A stretch of 62,916 nucleotides of DNA, the filler included, from Globobulimina sp. (lineage: Eukaryota), in NCBI GenBank assembly GCA_003354225.1. It is 25 parts of 25 records of this genome, joined end to end, with 100 filler letters (N's around TTAATTAATTAA, not from the genome) between each part and the next. Parts side by side here need not be neighbours in the genome. Positions count along the whole stretch, not along the records: positions 1 to 2,422 come from PIVH01006771.1; positions 2,523 to 4,944 come from PIVH01006772.1; positions 5,045 to 7,466 come from PIVH01006773.1; positions 7,567 to 9,988 come from PIVH01006774.1; 21 more parts are not named here. One strand, written 5' to 3'. Shown piece after piece: positions 1-10,088 of the stretch. Both the position numbers and the translations under genes were made by a program. A model generated the notes under the pieces. The model did no database searches. It was not told the DNA's origin and was given only the letters and a program-made list of their open reading frames with translations. Numbering within the stretch: position 1 is the first letter of the stretch; each line of letters begins with the position of its first letter.

Positions 1-199
1 CTTTGCAGAGTGGCACTATTTCACTGTTGTAAATCCGACCAAACAGAAAACTGCACAATCAACTAAAACAAGAATAATATTTATGTAGTTTGCATTGCAT
101 TGATACGGGATATACTATTAGGTACCTCACACAAATATAGGTTCCAATTCAAGTGTCCGTGGCGTGCAAGGATAATTTAGTGTTAATTGAATTTAATAA

Positions 200-868
200 T
201 TAATATATTCCCGGTATGATCCTGTATGGAACACTTTTTTTATATTCTTCGTAATCATCTTCAAAGAACTCTGTCAACATTTTTTCCTCATTACGAATTC
301 TCGCCGGATATAAACTGATTCTAAGCATTAAGCATAAATACATCAATATATCCTGTAAAAATAAACAATCTCCAAAACCATACAAATATATTGCGGCATA
401 TCTTGGATGTCTCACATATTTATAAGGTCCATTTGTGATTAGCACGAATGTAAATTCATGGCCCATAATGTGATTAGAATAGATTCGAAATAAATGTCCA
501 ATCAAAGATATCGTAAATCCAATATATTGTATCAATGATAATTTCATTGGATTGTTTTGTACAATTTTAATTAATACTTTTCGAACAAAACGGTAAAATG
601 ATGCAAGATAAAATGAAATTGGAATTAATCTTATTATCATCCATTTTTTTGATCTCTTATCATAATCAATGCTGTGCAAAAACGAAACCAGGTTCATTAA
701 TATTTTTAATGATCCCAAAACTGGAGTGGCTGAAAGTAAACATTTTGGATCTTGCAATATAAATGTAACAATTTGATCCAGATCCACAGATTTAGAACGG
801 GAAAGTGCCATTCTTGTCAAAATAACCAAATAAACAGTTTTTAGTCTGCAAACAAAATTATAAAACAA
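200..868 (-). CDS. Isoprenylcysteine carboxyl methyltransferase (ICMT/PEMT family) membrane protein
   Basis: Motifs LITNGPYKYVRHPRY, RIRNEEKML..FF..DY.EY.K.VPYRIIPGIY and hydrophobic segments. The start codon is uncertain. Confidence 0.8.
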   Translation of the reverse strand: MFYNFVCRLKTVYLVILTRMALSRSKSVDLDQIVTFILQDPKCLLSATPVLGSLKILMNLVSFLHSIDYDKRSKKWMIIRLIPISFYLASFYRFVRKVLIKIVQNNPMKLSLIQYIGFTISLIGHLFRIYSNHIMGHEFTFVLITNGPYKYVRHPRYAAIYLYGFGDCLFLQDILMYLCLMLRISLYPARIRNEEKMLTEFFEDDYEEYKKSVPYRIIPGIY

Positions 869-1185
869 ATACAGTAAATAACCGTAAATAATAATTAATA
901 AATAACTTCAATAAAATAAAATGTATAATGTCATTTAAATTACACAAATTTCAAGCGAGTTTAGATTCTAATTCTTCCATGTTGTTGATCAAGCGTTAAT
1001 TATTTATTTCTCGTATTTCAATTCGGGTTTTGCTTCAGTTTGTTGATGAATATCATAATCCGTTTTTTTGATCTCTTGTTATCCATTTTTTCGATCTCTT
1101 ATCATAATGCCCTCTCCGCCAGTGTTGATTGTGATCATCGGACGGATCGGATACAGGGTCAAAAGTAGGATATGTTGGTTCAGCC

Positions 1186-2070
1186 TTAGGAATATTTGTT
1201 CGATGCGTTGCTGGATTTGAGGTTGGATTTGAGGTTGGTATATTCGTGGGATCTGTGATGGACTATTTGTTGGAAACCGATGAAAATCAGAAAAATAATA
1301 CCTGAAATTGGATGATCTGTTGGTATATCGGTTGGGTCATTTGAAGGATGCGTTGTTGGAGGATCAGTTGGTTGAATGGTTGGATTAACGGTTGGATTTA
1401 TGGTTGGATTAACAGTTGGATTTATGGTAGGATTAATCGTTGGATTAATGGTAGGATTAATCGTTGGCTCAGACGTTGGAATATCTGTTGGATGATTTGT
1501 TGGAGTATTGGAAGGATGTTTTGTTGGTGAATCAGTTGGTGGGAAATTAGTTGGTGTTGGCGTAGGATTTTGTGTTGGTGTTAATGTTGGTAGCTCAGTG
1601 GTTGGGCTTCTAGGCGGATTGTTTGGTACTTTTGTGGGATAATTGGTAGGTTTTGCTGTCGGAAAAGCAGTTGTCCCAACAATACACATATGGCGAGCTT
1701 CAGAAACACAAAATATATCCCATTGAACATCACAACAATAATAATCGCTTGAACATACGCGCTGTTCACATTGTATATCTGCTATACATCCAGCTGATAA
1801 TGATTCTGTTACACAGGCACAACATAATGGTAATGATGTTGTGGTGGTGGTGAATGGGGAAGATGTTAGTGGGAATGAACATATTTGTTGTGCTTCTGTG
1901 CCACATTGCTGATCCCATGAAATATCACAACAAAAACTATCTGCTGTTATCGTACATAATATCTCCTCACATTCATGCTCATTTGAGCAGCCTGCTATAT
2001 TTGGTGTTGGCGTTGTGCATTCACAACATATTGCAGATAGTGATGGACTTGAGATTGGTTGTGATCTACA
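1186..2070 (-). CDS. Secreted or surface protein: two Cys-rich repeats followed by a Pro/Thr (PTxxPT) stalk; partial, spliced
   Basis: The frame is open upstream of the Met at 1689 and encodes CCEC..GC....CEE.LC....D.FCC...WD..C..EA...C twice, then many PTINPT repeats. Confidence 0.7.
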   Translation of the reverse strand, partial: CRSQPISSPSLSAICCECTTPTPNIAGCSNEHECEEILCTITADSFCCDISWDQQCGTEAQQICSFPLTSSPFTTTTTSLPLCCACVTESLSAGCIADIQCEQRVCSSDYYCCDVQWDIFCVSEARHMCIVGTTAFPTAKPTNYPTKVPNNPPRSPTTELPTLTPTQNPTPTPTNFPPTDSPTKHPSNTPTNHPTDIPTSEPTINPTINPTINPTINPTVNPTINPTVNPTIQPTDPPTTHPSNDPTDIPTDHPISGIIFLIFIGFQQIVHHRSHEYTNLKSNLKSSNASNKYS

Positions 2071-2342
2071 GCCTGTTTTATATTGGATATAAATATTTCA
2101 TTTTTTTTTTTTTTGTAAACGGTCAGGGAATATGAAAAATAAACAACATATGCGAAAGGATTTCATTTTCTACTTTCACGTATTAGTTTTTGATTGTGTA
2201 TAACTTTGGAGGAAAGTGATGATAAATAGTGTTTGCATTGATGGTTGATGTTGCTCTATAGAATGGTTTTGTATTTATTTTGCTTGCAGTTGCAGCCTGA
2301 GTTGATGATAAAATAACGTTTTGTAACTTAAGTAGTTTTTTG

Positions 2343-2422
2343 GCAATTGACTATGCCCAACTAAGTGATTTTCGAGACCGTTACATTTCATGTCTCCAAT
2401 GTCTACACTTGTCTTTTAGATT
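2343..2422. repeat. Dispersed repeat; inverted copy at 27828-27907
   Basis: 80-nt match with 2 mismatches to the reverse complement of 27828-27907. Both copies lie at or near contig ends. Confidence 0.9.
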
Positions 2423-2522
2423 NNNNNNNNNNNNNNNNNNNNNNNNNNNNNNNNNNNNNNNNNNNNTTAATTAATTAANNNNNNNNNNNNNNNNNNNNNN
2501 NNNNNNNNNNNNNNNNNNNNNN
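2423..2522. other. Artificial contig spacer (N44-TTAATTAATTAA-N44), first of 24
   Basis: The same 100-nt spacer, with stops in all six frames, recurs about every 2.52 kb (4945, 7467, 9989, 12511, 15033, 17555, 20077, 22598, 25119, 27640, 30161, 32682, 35202, 37722, 40242, 42762, 45282, 47802, 50322, 52841, 55360, 57879, 60398). Confidence 0.99.
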
Positions 2523-4944
2523 AAGAGATCTTTTCAAAATCAAAGGGGAAGTCTCTCGTATTGTTGATCAACGACCAAACATTTCTGCTATCCGTACTGA
2601 AGACTTAGGTCCTCTGGAAACACAAATCAATGATATTTACAGGAAGTTGCTGGATAGATTCACTAAATTTGACGCGGCTACTGAAAATGTCAATAAATGC
2701 TGCATTGCTATCAACGATGAAGTAGCTCAGACAGCCCTACAAGTTGAAATGGATGAAGAACATGATTAGATCACCGAATTTCGTGATAACTTCCTCACAA
2801 TTCGTCACCTTTTGTCCACTATTCAACAAAGAATAACTAATCTGCAGCAACCTCCTCAACCTCCACCGCCGGTAAAAGTCGAACAGGACCCAGCTCAGTT
2901 GGTTCAACTTGTCACAGCTGCAGTGGTCGCTGCAATGGCACAATTGCCACCTCCCCCTGCTCCAGTACATGCCGGTCCAGCTCAACCTGCTGCACATGTT
3001 GCTCAAGCACCAATTCATGTTAAGTTGCCTAAATTTGAAATGCAAAAATTCTCAGGAAACATTCTTCATTGGAAAGGTTTTTGGGATGAATTCTCATCGG
3101 CAGTCCATAATGTTCCAGGCATGTCGGCAATTAACAAATTTCATTATTTGAAAGCTCAACTGGGAGGAGATGCCCTTAAGACGGTATCTGGCCTTCGATT
3201 CACTGCAGAAAATTATCAAGTGGCAGTTGACTTACTGAATGGTCGTTTCGGCAAAAATCATTCAATAATTGAAGCGCATTACACTGCAATTGAGGATTTA
3301 CTTTCTGTTAGCAGTCATCATGTAAAGTTGCGTTCTTTCTTTGACACTGTTGAACAACATTTACGCTCACTCGAGAGCCTCGGTGAAAATATTAACCTTA
3401 ATATTTTGGTTAATATGATCAAACGGAAGCTTCCACATGATGTTTTGACGCAGATCGAGCGACTGAAACCTCATGCAGAGCCATGGACTATGGTACTTTT
3501 GCGACAGTATCTGAAACAAGACTTAGAACTTCGTGAAACTATCAGTCCAGCCGAGAAAACTGACGACAGAACATCACCCAGAGGTTCAGGCCCTCGTTTT
3601 CATAGTGATTTTAGTTTGGCTGACAAACCCAAACCTTCAACACCTAGACCTACTGGGGAAGCATTTCTTGTTCGCGAAACAAGAAAGCCATCTCATCCGT
3701 GTCACTTTTGCAATATAATCGGTCATTATTCTGATGCATGTCCAACAGGTGCAGGCCTTGAAGCCCGACAACAAAAGATCAAAGAGCTTAATGTATGTTC
3801 TGTTTGTTTTTGTGAAGGACATGAAGCTTCAAACTGCAATTCCCAACGTTCATGTTTCTTTTGCGCCGCAGTTGGAGAACATCATCAAGCACTTTGCCCA
3901 AAGAAATTTGGACTGACACCTGAGTCAAAACCGCCTGATAAAGGTGGTCCATCTGTTAAAGAGACTGGTAATCTCAGTATCCATGATGAAAAAGAACCAG
4001 CTCTCTTGGCAAACGGTGAATCAGTCATTATGCAGACAGCACTGGCCACCATTGGAAATCCTTCAACTTTAGACACTCTTATTACTCGTCTTCTTTTCGA
4101 TTGTGGTAGTAATCGTACTTATATCGCCATGAGATTAGCAAAGTTGCTAAAACTCAAATTCGGTAAAAAGGTTCGCATTCAAGTGGTTACTTTCGGTACC
4201 GACAAAGTTCAGACAGTTGAGGCGTTCACAACCACGTTGAATATTCTGTTGAAAGATGGTTCCTCCATGGAAATCGTCGCCCACATCGTTCCCACAATTA
4301 GCGGTACTACACATCGTGTTCCATATGGTACTCAAATTGCTTCATACCTAATGAAAGAAGGTACCATGGCAGACACTTTTCCGACTGAACTCGAGTCTTC
4401 GCCTGTCGAATTACTCATTGGTCAGGATTATTACTTTGATTTGACTAATTCTGAACGTATTCAAATTCGTCCAGGTCTTTATCTTCTGGGATCAAAATTA
4501 GGATGGATCATCGCAGGTCGAATCACTGGTTGCAGTCCTTCTGTAACTGACCATAATTTGTTTTCACATTCATACACCACTTCGTCATCAGATAGTCTAT
4601 TTGCCGCTCATTATGAGGCATCACTACCAGAACCAGCAGTTCATAAAAAGGTTATGGATGAAGTTGGACTTTCTTGTGGGGAGGGTCCTTCGGATCATTG
4701 GAATGCATTAACTCATGATGGAGTTCTGGAGATTTTACCCAATCAAGACGATGATGATCTAGATTTTGTCTCACCTACAATCTCATCAGCCCAGTCATTG
4801 CTATGTTTACTATATCCAATAGAGTGTCCTGTCGCTACACCAGGTCACCCTATCATTTCTACTTTTGGTGCAGACTCTACTTTTTCCTTGGGCGCCAATT
4901 CTACTTTTCCAAAATCGGGCCCCATTGTTTTTGCGATTGCTTTT
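2523..4944 (+). mobile_element. Bel/Pao LTR retrotransposon gag + aspartic protease, degenerate and partial
   Basis: DUF1759-like gag (KLPKFEMQKFSG...W..FWDEF...KFHYLK), three CCHC knuckles, protease LLFDCGSNRTYI, LLIGQDYY and SKLGWIIAG. There is an in-frame TAG at 2767-2769. Confidence 0.9.
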
Positions 4945-5506
4945 NNNNNNNNNNNNNNNNNNNNNNNNNNNNNNNNNNNNNNNNNNNNTTAATTAATTAA
5001 NNNNNNNNNNNNNNNNNNNNNNNNNNNNNNNNNNNNNNNNNNNNAATTATAGCTACATGCAGTTCCACTTAACCTTTGAAGCAGTTTGGTGTTTGTATCT
5101 GATGTCGATGGGAAAAAAGCATTGACGACTTGGTTATGAAAATAAGCTTTAATAATATCAATCAATATTTTATTAACATTGAATGTCAGGCAGTTACACA
5201 CCAATCAACGCAAAGGAATAAAATTCTAAAATCGTTCCAAATGAACATCCGAGCAATAGGACAACAATACTTATTTTTTGATTTTGCTGTGTCTCCAGAA
5301 CCATGACGTTTTTTTTTAGACTACTTAAGAAAAAACTATATCAATCATGGGCAATACTCACAAATGCCAACAATCATGGACATGCTTCAAATTTGATGCT
5401 GTTAACTCCTTGCACTCAAACTGTATTTCAAAAAAAAACAAATTAAAACAAAAAAGGGAAATTCGAAATTCTAACTAAAAATAAATATTCGCTGTCACTG
5501 TCACTG

Positions 5507-7380
5507 TCACTGATGAGGAGATGCCTTTTGCACTTGATTTTCATTTTGGTTTTGCGTATGATTCAACACAATTTCATCAAAACATTGCTTAATTTTTTTC
5601 ACCAAAAATTTATAAAAATTATCCGATTGTTTGGATTGATTCAGTGCCACTTGATAGTCCCCATAGGCGATTTGAAATCGTTTTAATTCCTGTTCTGCCA
5701 TTCCTTTCCGAATCCAGGCTTTGGTCAACAACGGATCGTATTTCAGGGCAAACACGGCGTCGTCCACTGCATTCTGATACTCTTGCAAGTAGACCCAGGC
5801 CGCACTGCGATTGCAATATATGATCGCCATCTCATTCTTGTGCGATTTATCACGCTCTTTATCATCACGCTCTTCTTTCTCGTCCTCATCACTCTCAATA
5901 TCATTACCTATACATTCATGTTCCTGTTCCTGTTCCGCCTTTTTCAATAAATCAATTGCTTTTGAATACATTTCTATGGCATTCTTCGGCTTCTTGTTTT
6001 TCATTAATTCATTCCCTTTTTCTTTACAGTGTTTGTATAGAAATCTGGCATGAAATGTGGTCACATCTATATGCGACGGGATGGCATATTCTGGCAAATG
6101 GAAATTAAATAACTCCACCAATTGTTGCCAGTTAATATTGGAAGAAGAGTCCATGGAAACATATGTTTGTGCCCAGTCAAAGAATTTTTGCACTTTGGAC
6201 GCAATTGAATATGGATCGCCATCCTCTCCCGGTCCCGGCATACCGTCTTCGGCTTTGCCATCGGGTGTGGAGCTCCATTGTTTTCTAGATCTATTCCTGC
6301 GTTTCGTCTTCTTATTGGCAGTGATGATTCTGTTCAATGATTCGCAGATTGTGGCAAGTTCCGTTTTATCTGTATCACTCAACGACGACTCATTGTTTTT
6401 TATGTCCTCAAAATAATCTGATATGCCTATTAAAAACGAACAATTTGAACCTAGAGGCCACATGATTGGAATAAGGTTTTTTAATAGCAAGAAATTAAAA
6501 TCATTTATCCTCTGAAGTTTTTAAAAAACTTCACTTTCCCGCCTCCTTCCTGTTTCATCGAATATGTCGAGCATTTCCCCAATCTCTGGATAATATAATT
6601 TTGGTATTCTCAACTCTTGTGCTTCAAATAATTTCATCCCCGGTCGTTCTCCGATAATTAATAATTGACATTCATCATTAACAACAGTTGTTATTGTTCC
6701 TCCGCATTTCTTAATCAATTGAATCAAATCACGTCGAGGTACCGGACACCATCCGGTAAACGCTATATTTTGCGACTGTTACATTTTAGATATGTTTTCT
6801 GAATTTCATCTCAGTATATACAAATACCTGAACACGTCCAGCAAATCTGCTTGGTATATCCTTCAGATCCGCACAACTTAAAATATCAAACCGGGTGCTC
6901 CACTGTTATATAATATCGTTTTTATAATCCATTTCTGAAAAGCAAATCAACAGAATATACAAACCAATGTCTCCAAAGTGTTTCTTCTTTCTTCATCAAT
7001 ATCATCATCATCAGAATATAATTCCGCTTCTTTATCCAATTCAATATCTTTACTCTCTGAATTGTCATCATCGATTTCAATATCATTAATTTTATCATTA
7101 ATCTGTTTTATTTCTTTATCTTTTGAATCAGAATCATTATTATTTGTATTTTTGCTGTTACCATCATCGTCATCACTTGAAAATTCATTTAAATCTTTAT
7201 GTGGATGGTAATAATCTCTTCTATGTTTGCCACCTTTTTGATAACAATCTTTGCCATATTTACATTTTGCTCTATCATCTTTTTTCCGTTGTTTTACTGG
7301 TTTCTTTTTACGATTATTTGCTGGCGATCTTGAACGTGATCTCGACCGCGATGTTTTTCGTTTCTTTCGTTTCTGTATAT
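5507..7380 (-). CDS. Multi-exon protein with PBZ zinc finger, BRCT domain and TPR repeats (5' partial)
   Basis: CKYGKDCYQK...HRRDYYHP (zf-CCHH); IAFTG...RRDLIQLIKKCGG....V.....LLIIGERPGMKL..A.EL (BRCT); KEKGNEL...A...YSKAI and YCNRSAA...AW.RKG (TPR). All on one strand, separated by intron-like gaps. Confidence 0.7.
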
Positions 7381-7566
7381 ATTTTAGATAAATCAGACCC
7401 AGATTAAAAAGTAGTTTTTGTGCACTAAACAGGAGAAACTCCGTTAAGAGCATTATCAAAATCATCNNNNNNNNNNNNNNNNNNNNNNNNNNNNNNNNNN
7501 NNNNNNNNNNTTAATTAATTAANNNNNNNNNNNNNNNNNNNNNNNNNNNNNNNNNNNNNNNNNNNN

Positions 7567-9294
7567 TGGAGAAAGTCACGCATTTTATCCAAGAAATATA
7601 CCCAAACTATCTCAACGACTCTGTGCATATCCAAACGAGTCACGACAGTGCATTACAAGAAATGAACGAATTATTATTCACAAAATATGGCTTCAAAAAA
7701 TGTGAGGTTTCGCAGTGTGTTTTGAGTCAGAGACACTGTCGAATACAAAGGAATGAAAGGCAAAGAAATGAAAAGAATGAAATATTTGAGTTTTATGAAA
7801 GTGCATTCGATTCTATGCATTATTATTTGACACATTTGTTTGATTTTGGACTGCGCTCAAAGAAGGAAAGCCACGAATTCAAACAAGAAAAACCAGAAAA
7901 TATCACACAATGTTTTGATGCCGAGTTTGCTCGCAAATATCAAAATATTTCAAACAAAAGAAAATATTTGTCTCAGTTTAAGTTTGAGAGGTTTGAAAAT
8001 GAAAATAATAAGTTTAATATTCAAATTGGCTTTGTTTTGCAAAGCGAAAATGGTTTGTTTTTCTGTTTCTATTTTGATTTTATGCTTAAAAATTTGTATA
8101 AAAACTGTCAGAGCAAACATTTTTGGATGGAATGTATGCAAAAATCAACAAAAATGTCAGAGATACGTTGCAAACCTATTTGGAAAGTGAAGAATTCGAC
8201 ACTGACGCGTTATTGGAAGATATCAAAGCCTATTCCATCGATAATTGGACATCGAATATTTGTAAAGAAACAAAAAATGTAAAAATGATTGGAAAAATCA
8301 GAAAATATATTCGACAAAATCAATGTATGTTTTTTGCTATTTTTTGCTTGAAGACATCGAATATAGTTTCGATGAAACAAAAACAGTACAAAACATGGCA
8401 TTCAGCACAGGCTTTGTCTTTTGGTATTGGCCATATTACGCTCAAAATGAAACTGTACAAACTGCAATGGGAATCAACGAGAATGACTTCGATGGCCATT
8501 CGAGATCAGAGTTATATATTGCGCGAGGGAAATGGGACAGTTTCAAAGAGGAAATATTAGCTTATTCTGATGGTAAAAATGGTATTATTTCTATGAAAAT
8601 ATATCAAACCAAAATATTACTCAAAGCTGTGCAATTTATGGACACAAATAGGGTAAAAAGTATTAGAGCAAAGGAACCTGACAGTGATGCACCGCGTTTC
8701 TATGACATTCCGGAAGACGAACCCATCAAACAATCTCATATTATGTCAGCGATAATTTATTGTGACTTTACAGGTCTATCGACGCAATTCAGTTCGACTT
8801 TCCGTCGTTTACACTCTTTGGAGAGTTTGAAGGCAGTGAAAAATAGAAATAAAGTCTATTATTGGATGAGTAAAAGGTTGAGAGAAGCTGTCGAAATGTT
8901 TGGGCAGAGAGGAGAGGGAGAGTGGGATGACAAACAAGAAAAATGGAAGAATAAAGAATTAGGCCCATTTTTTTGTGGAATGTCGACTGCTCTGATAATG
9001 CCTTCGTTTTCCATTCGTTTAAATGGACCAACGTCTACAACAAAGCATATCGAAATTTCGATGAATTTCGCTAAAAATACGGGGATTATCATACAATTAA
9101 ACAATGAATATGAGCCTATGAACTATCAACGTTTCCTGAATGTATCGTGGCTCTCCAAATTCAAAGAAGAAAGCGAACGTATCACCTTTGGTGGTGCATA
9201 TCCACTTCAAATACAAACCATTCGCAACACAAAGACATTAGATAATTATAAATTATTTTTTAAGCCTTTATTTTATTTTGATTGTGTTATCTAA
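7567..9294 (+). CDS. Lineage-specific multi-exon protein with a C-terminal ADP-ribosyltransferase-like domain
   Basis: Consecutive ORFs at 7623, 8123 and 8323 separated by AT-rich intron-like gaps. GPFFCGMS, PTSTT and WLSKFKEESE occur in the order of an R-S-E ART fold. Confidence 0.5.
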
Positions 9295-10088
9295 ATATTA
9301 TATTTGTGCACTTGAATTGTTACTGTGACCTTTCTCCCGTAACTATATTTCCAAATAGAAAATAAACTAAGCACGAGAAACTTCTTATCGTTTTGGGTTT
9401 ACTAAAGTAAAACTTTTTGGATATCAACATGTTCCTAGAAGGGCTAATTGGGACCCATATTTCCAACTGGTAAACAAATAGAAACGCAACATATTCAGAC
9501 CGATATTAGAAACCCGATCACCACAGCCATCACCACAGTCGAACGCTCAATCCAATCAAAACAAATGCAATCAACATACCAACGCGCACATATCAAATGG
9601 CAAAAAACAAAGATATAAGTCAGAAAAGAAGATATATTTTACGAACAACAAAAGGTATGTCTATACAGCTTATTTTATCATCAAATAAACAAACAAACTC
9701 ACAAACATATGTGTTATGCACAGACCACAGAATTGCCTTTAGTACGATCTCAATCTTATCCCTGAACAGGTTTGTATTTTCAATATTATCTCCATAGACT
9801 GCACAGTCGTGCACCCGGAAAGAACCCGTTACTTTTTATTGCAGTAACGAGTCTGATTTTCAGACAATGCTAGCCCAGTTTGTGCGCGAGAAAAAGGCAC
9901 AGCGAAATTGAGACTAAAAACCATAAAAACAAAGACATTTCTTTGGAGAAATATTGAATTATCGCAGTCCGAACCAATTCATTGACAANNNNNNNNNNNN
10001 NNNNNNNNNNNNNNNNNNNNNNNNNNNNNNNNTTAATTAATTAANNNNNNNNNNNNNNNNNNNNNNNNNNNNNNNNNNNNNNNNNNNN

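Noticed and set aside
1348-1530. Trp-rich WING-repeat ORF on the plus strand
   Set aside because: It is the antisense shadow of the PTINPT repeat.
2467-2478. TTAATTAATTAA recurring about every 2.5 kb as a possible regular repeat array
   Set aside because: It always sits inside N runs, so it is an artificial joining linker.
2767-2769. In-frame TAG as evidence of stop-codon reassignment or programmed readthrough
   Set aside because: It is a single case in a decaying retroelement, and other genes here terminate at TAG, TAA and TGA normally.
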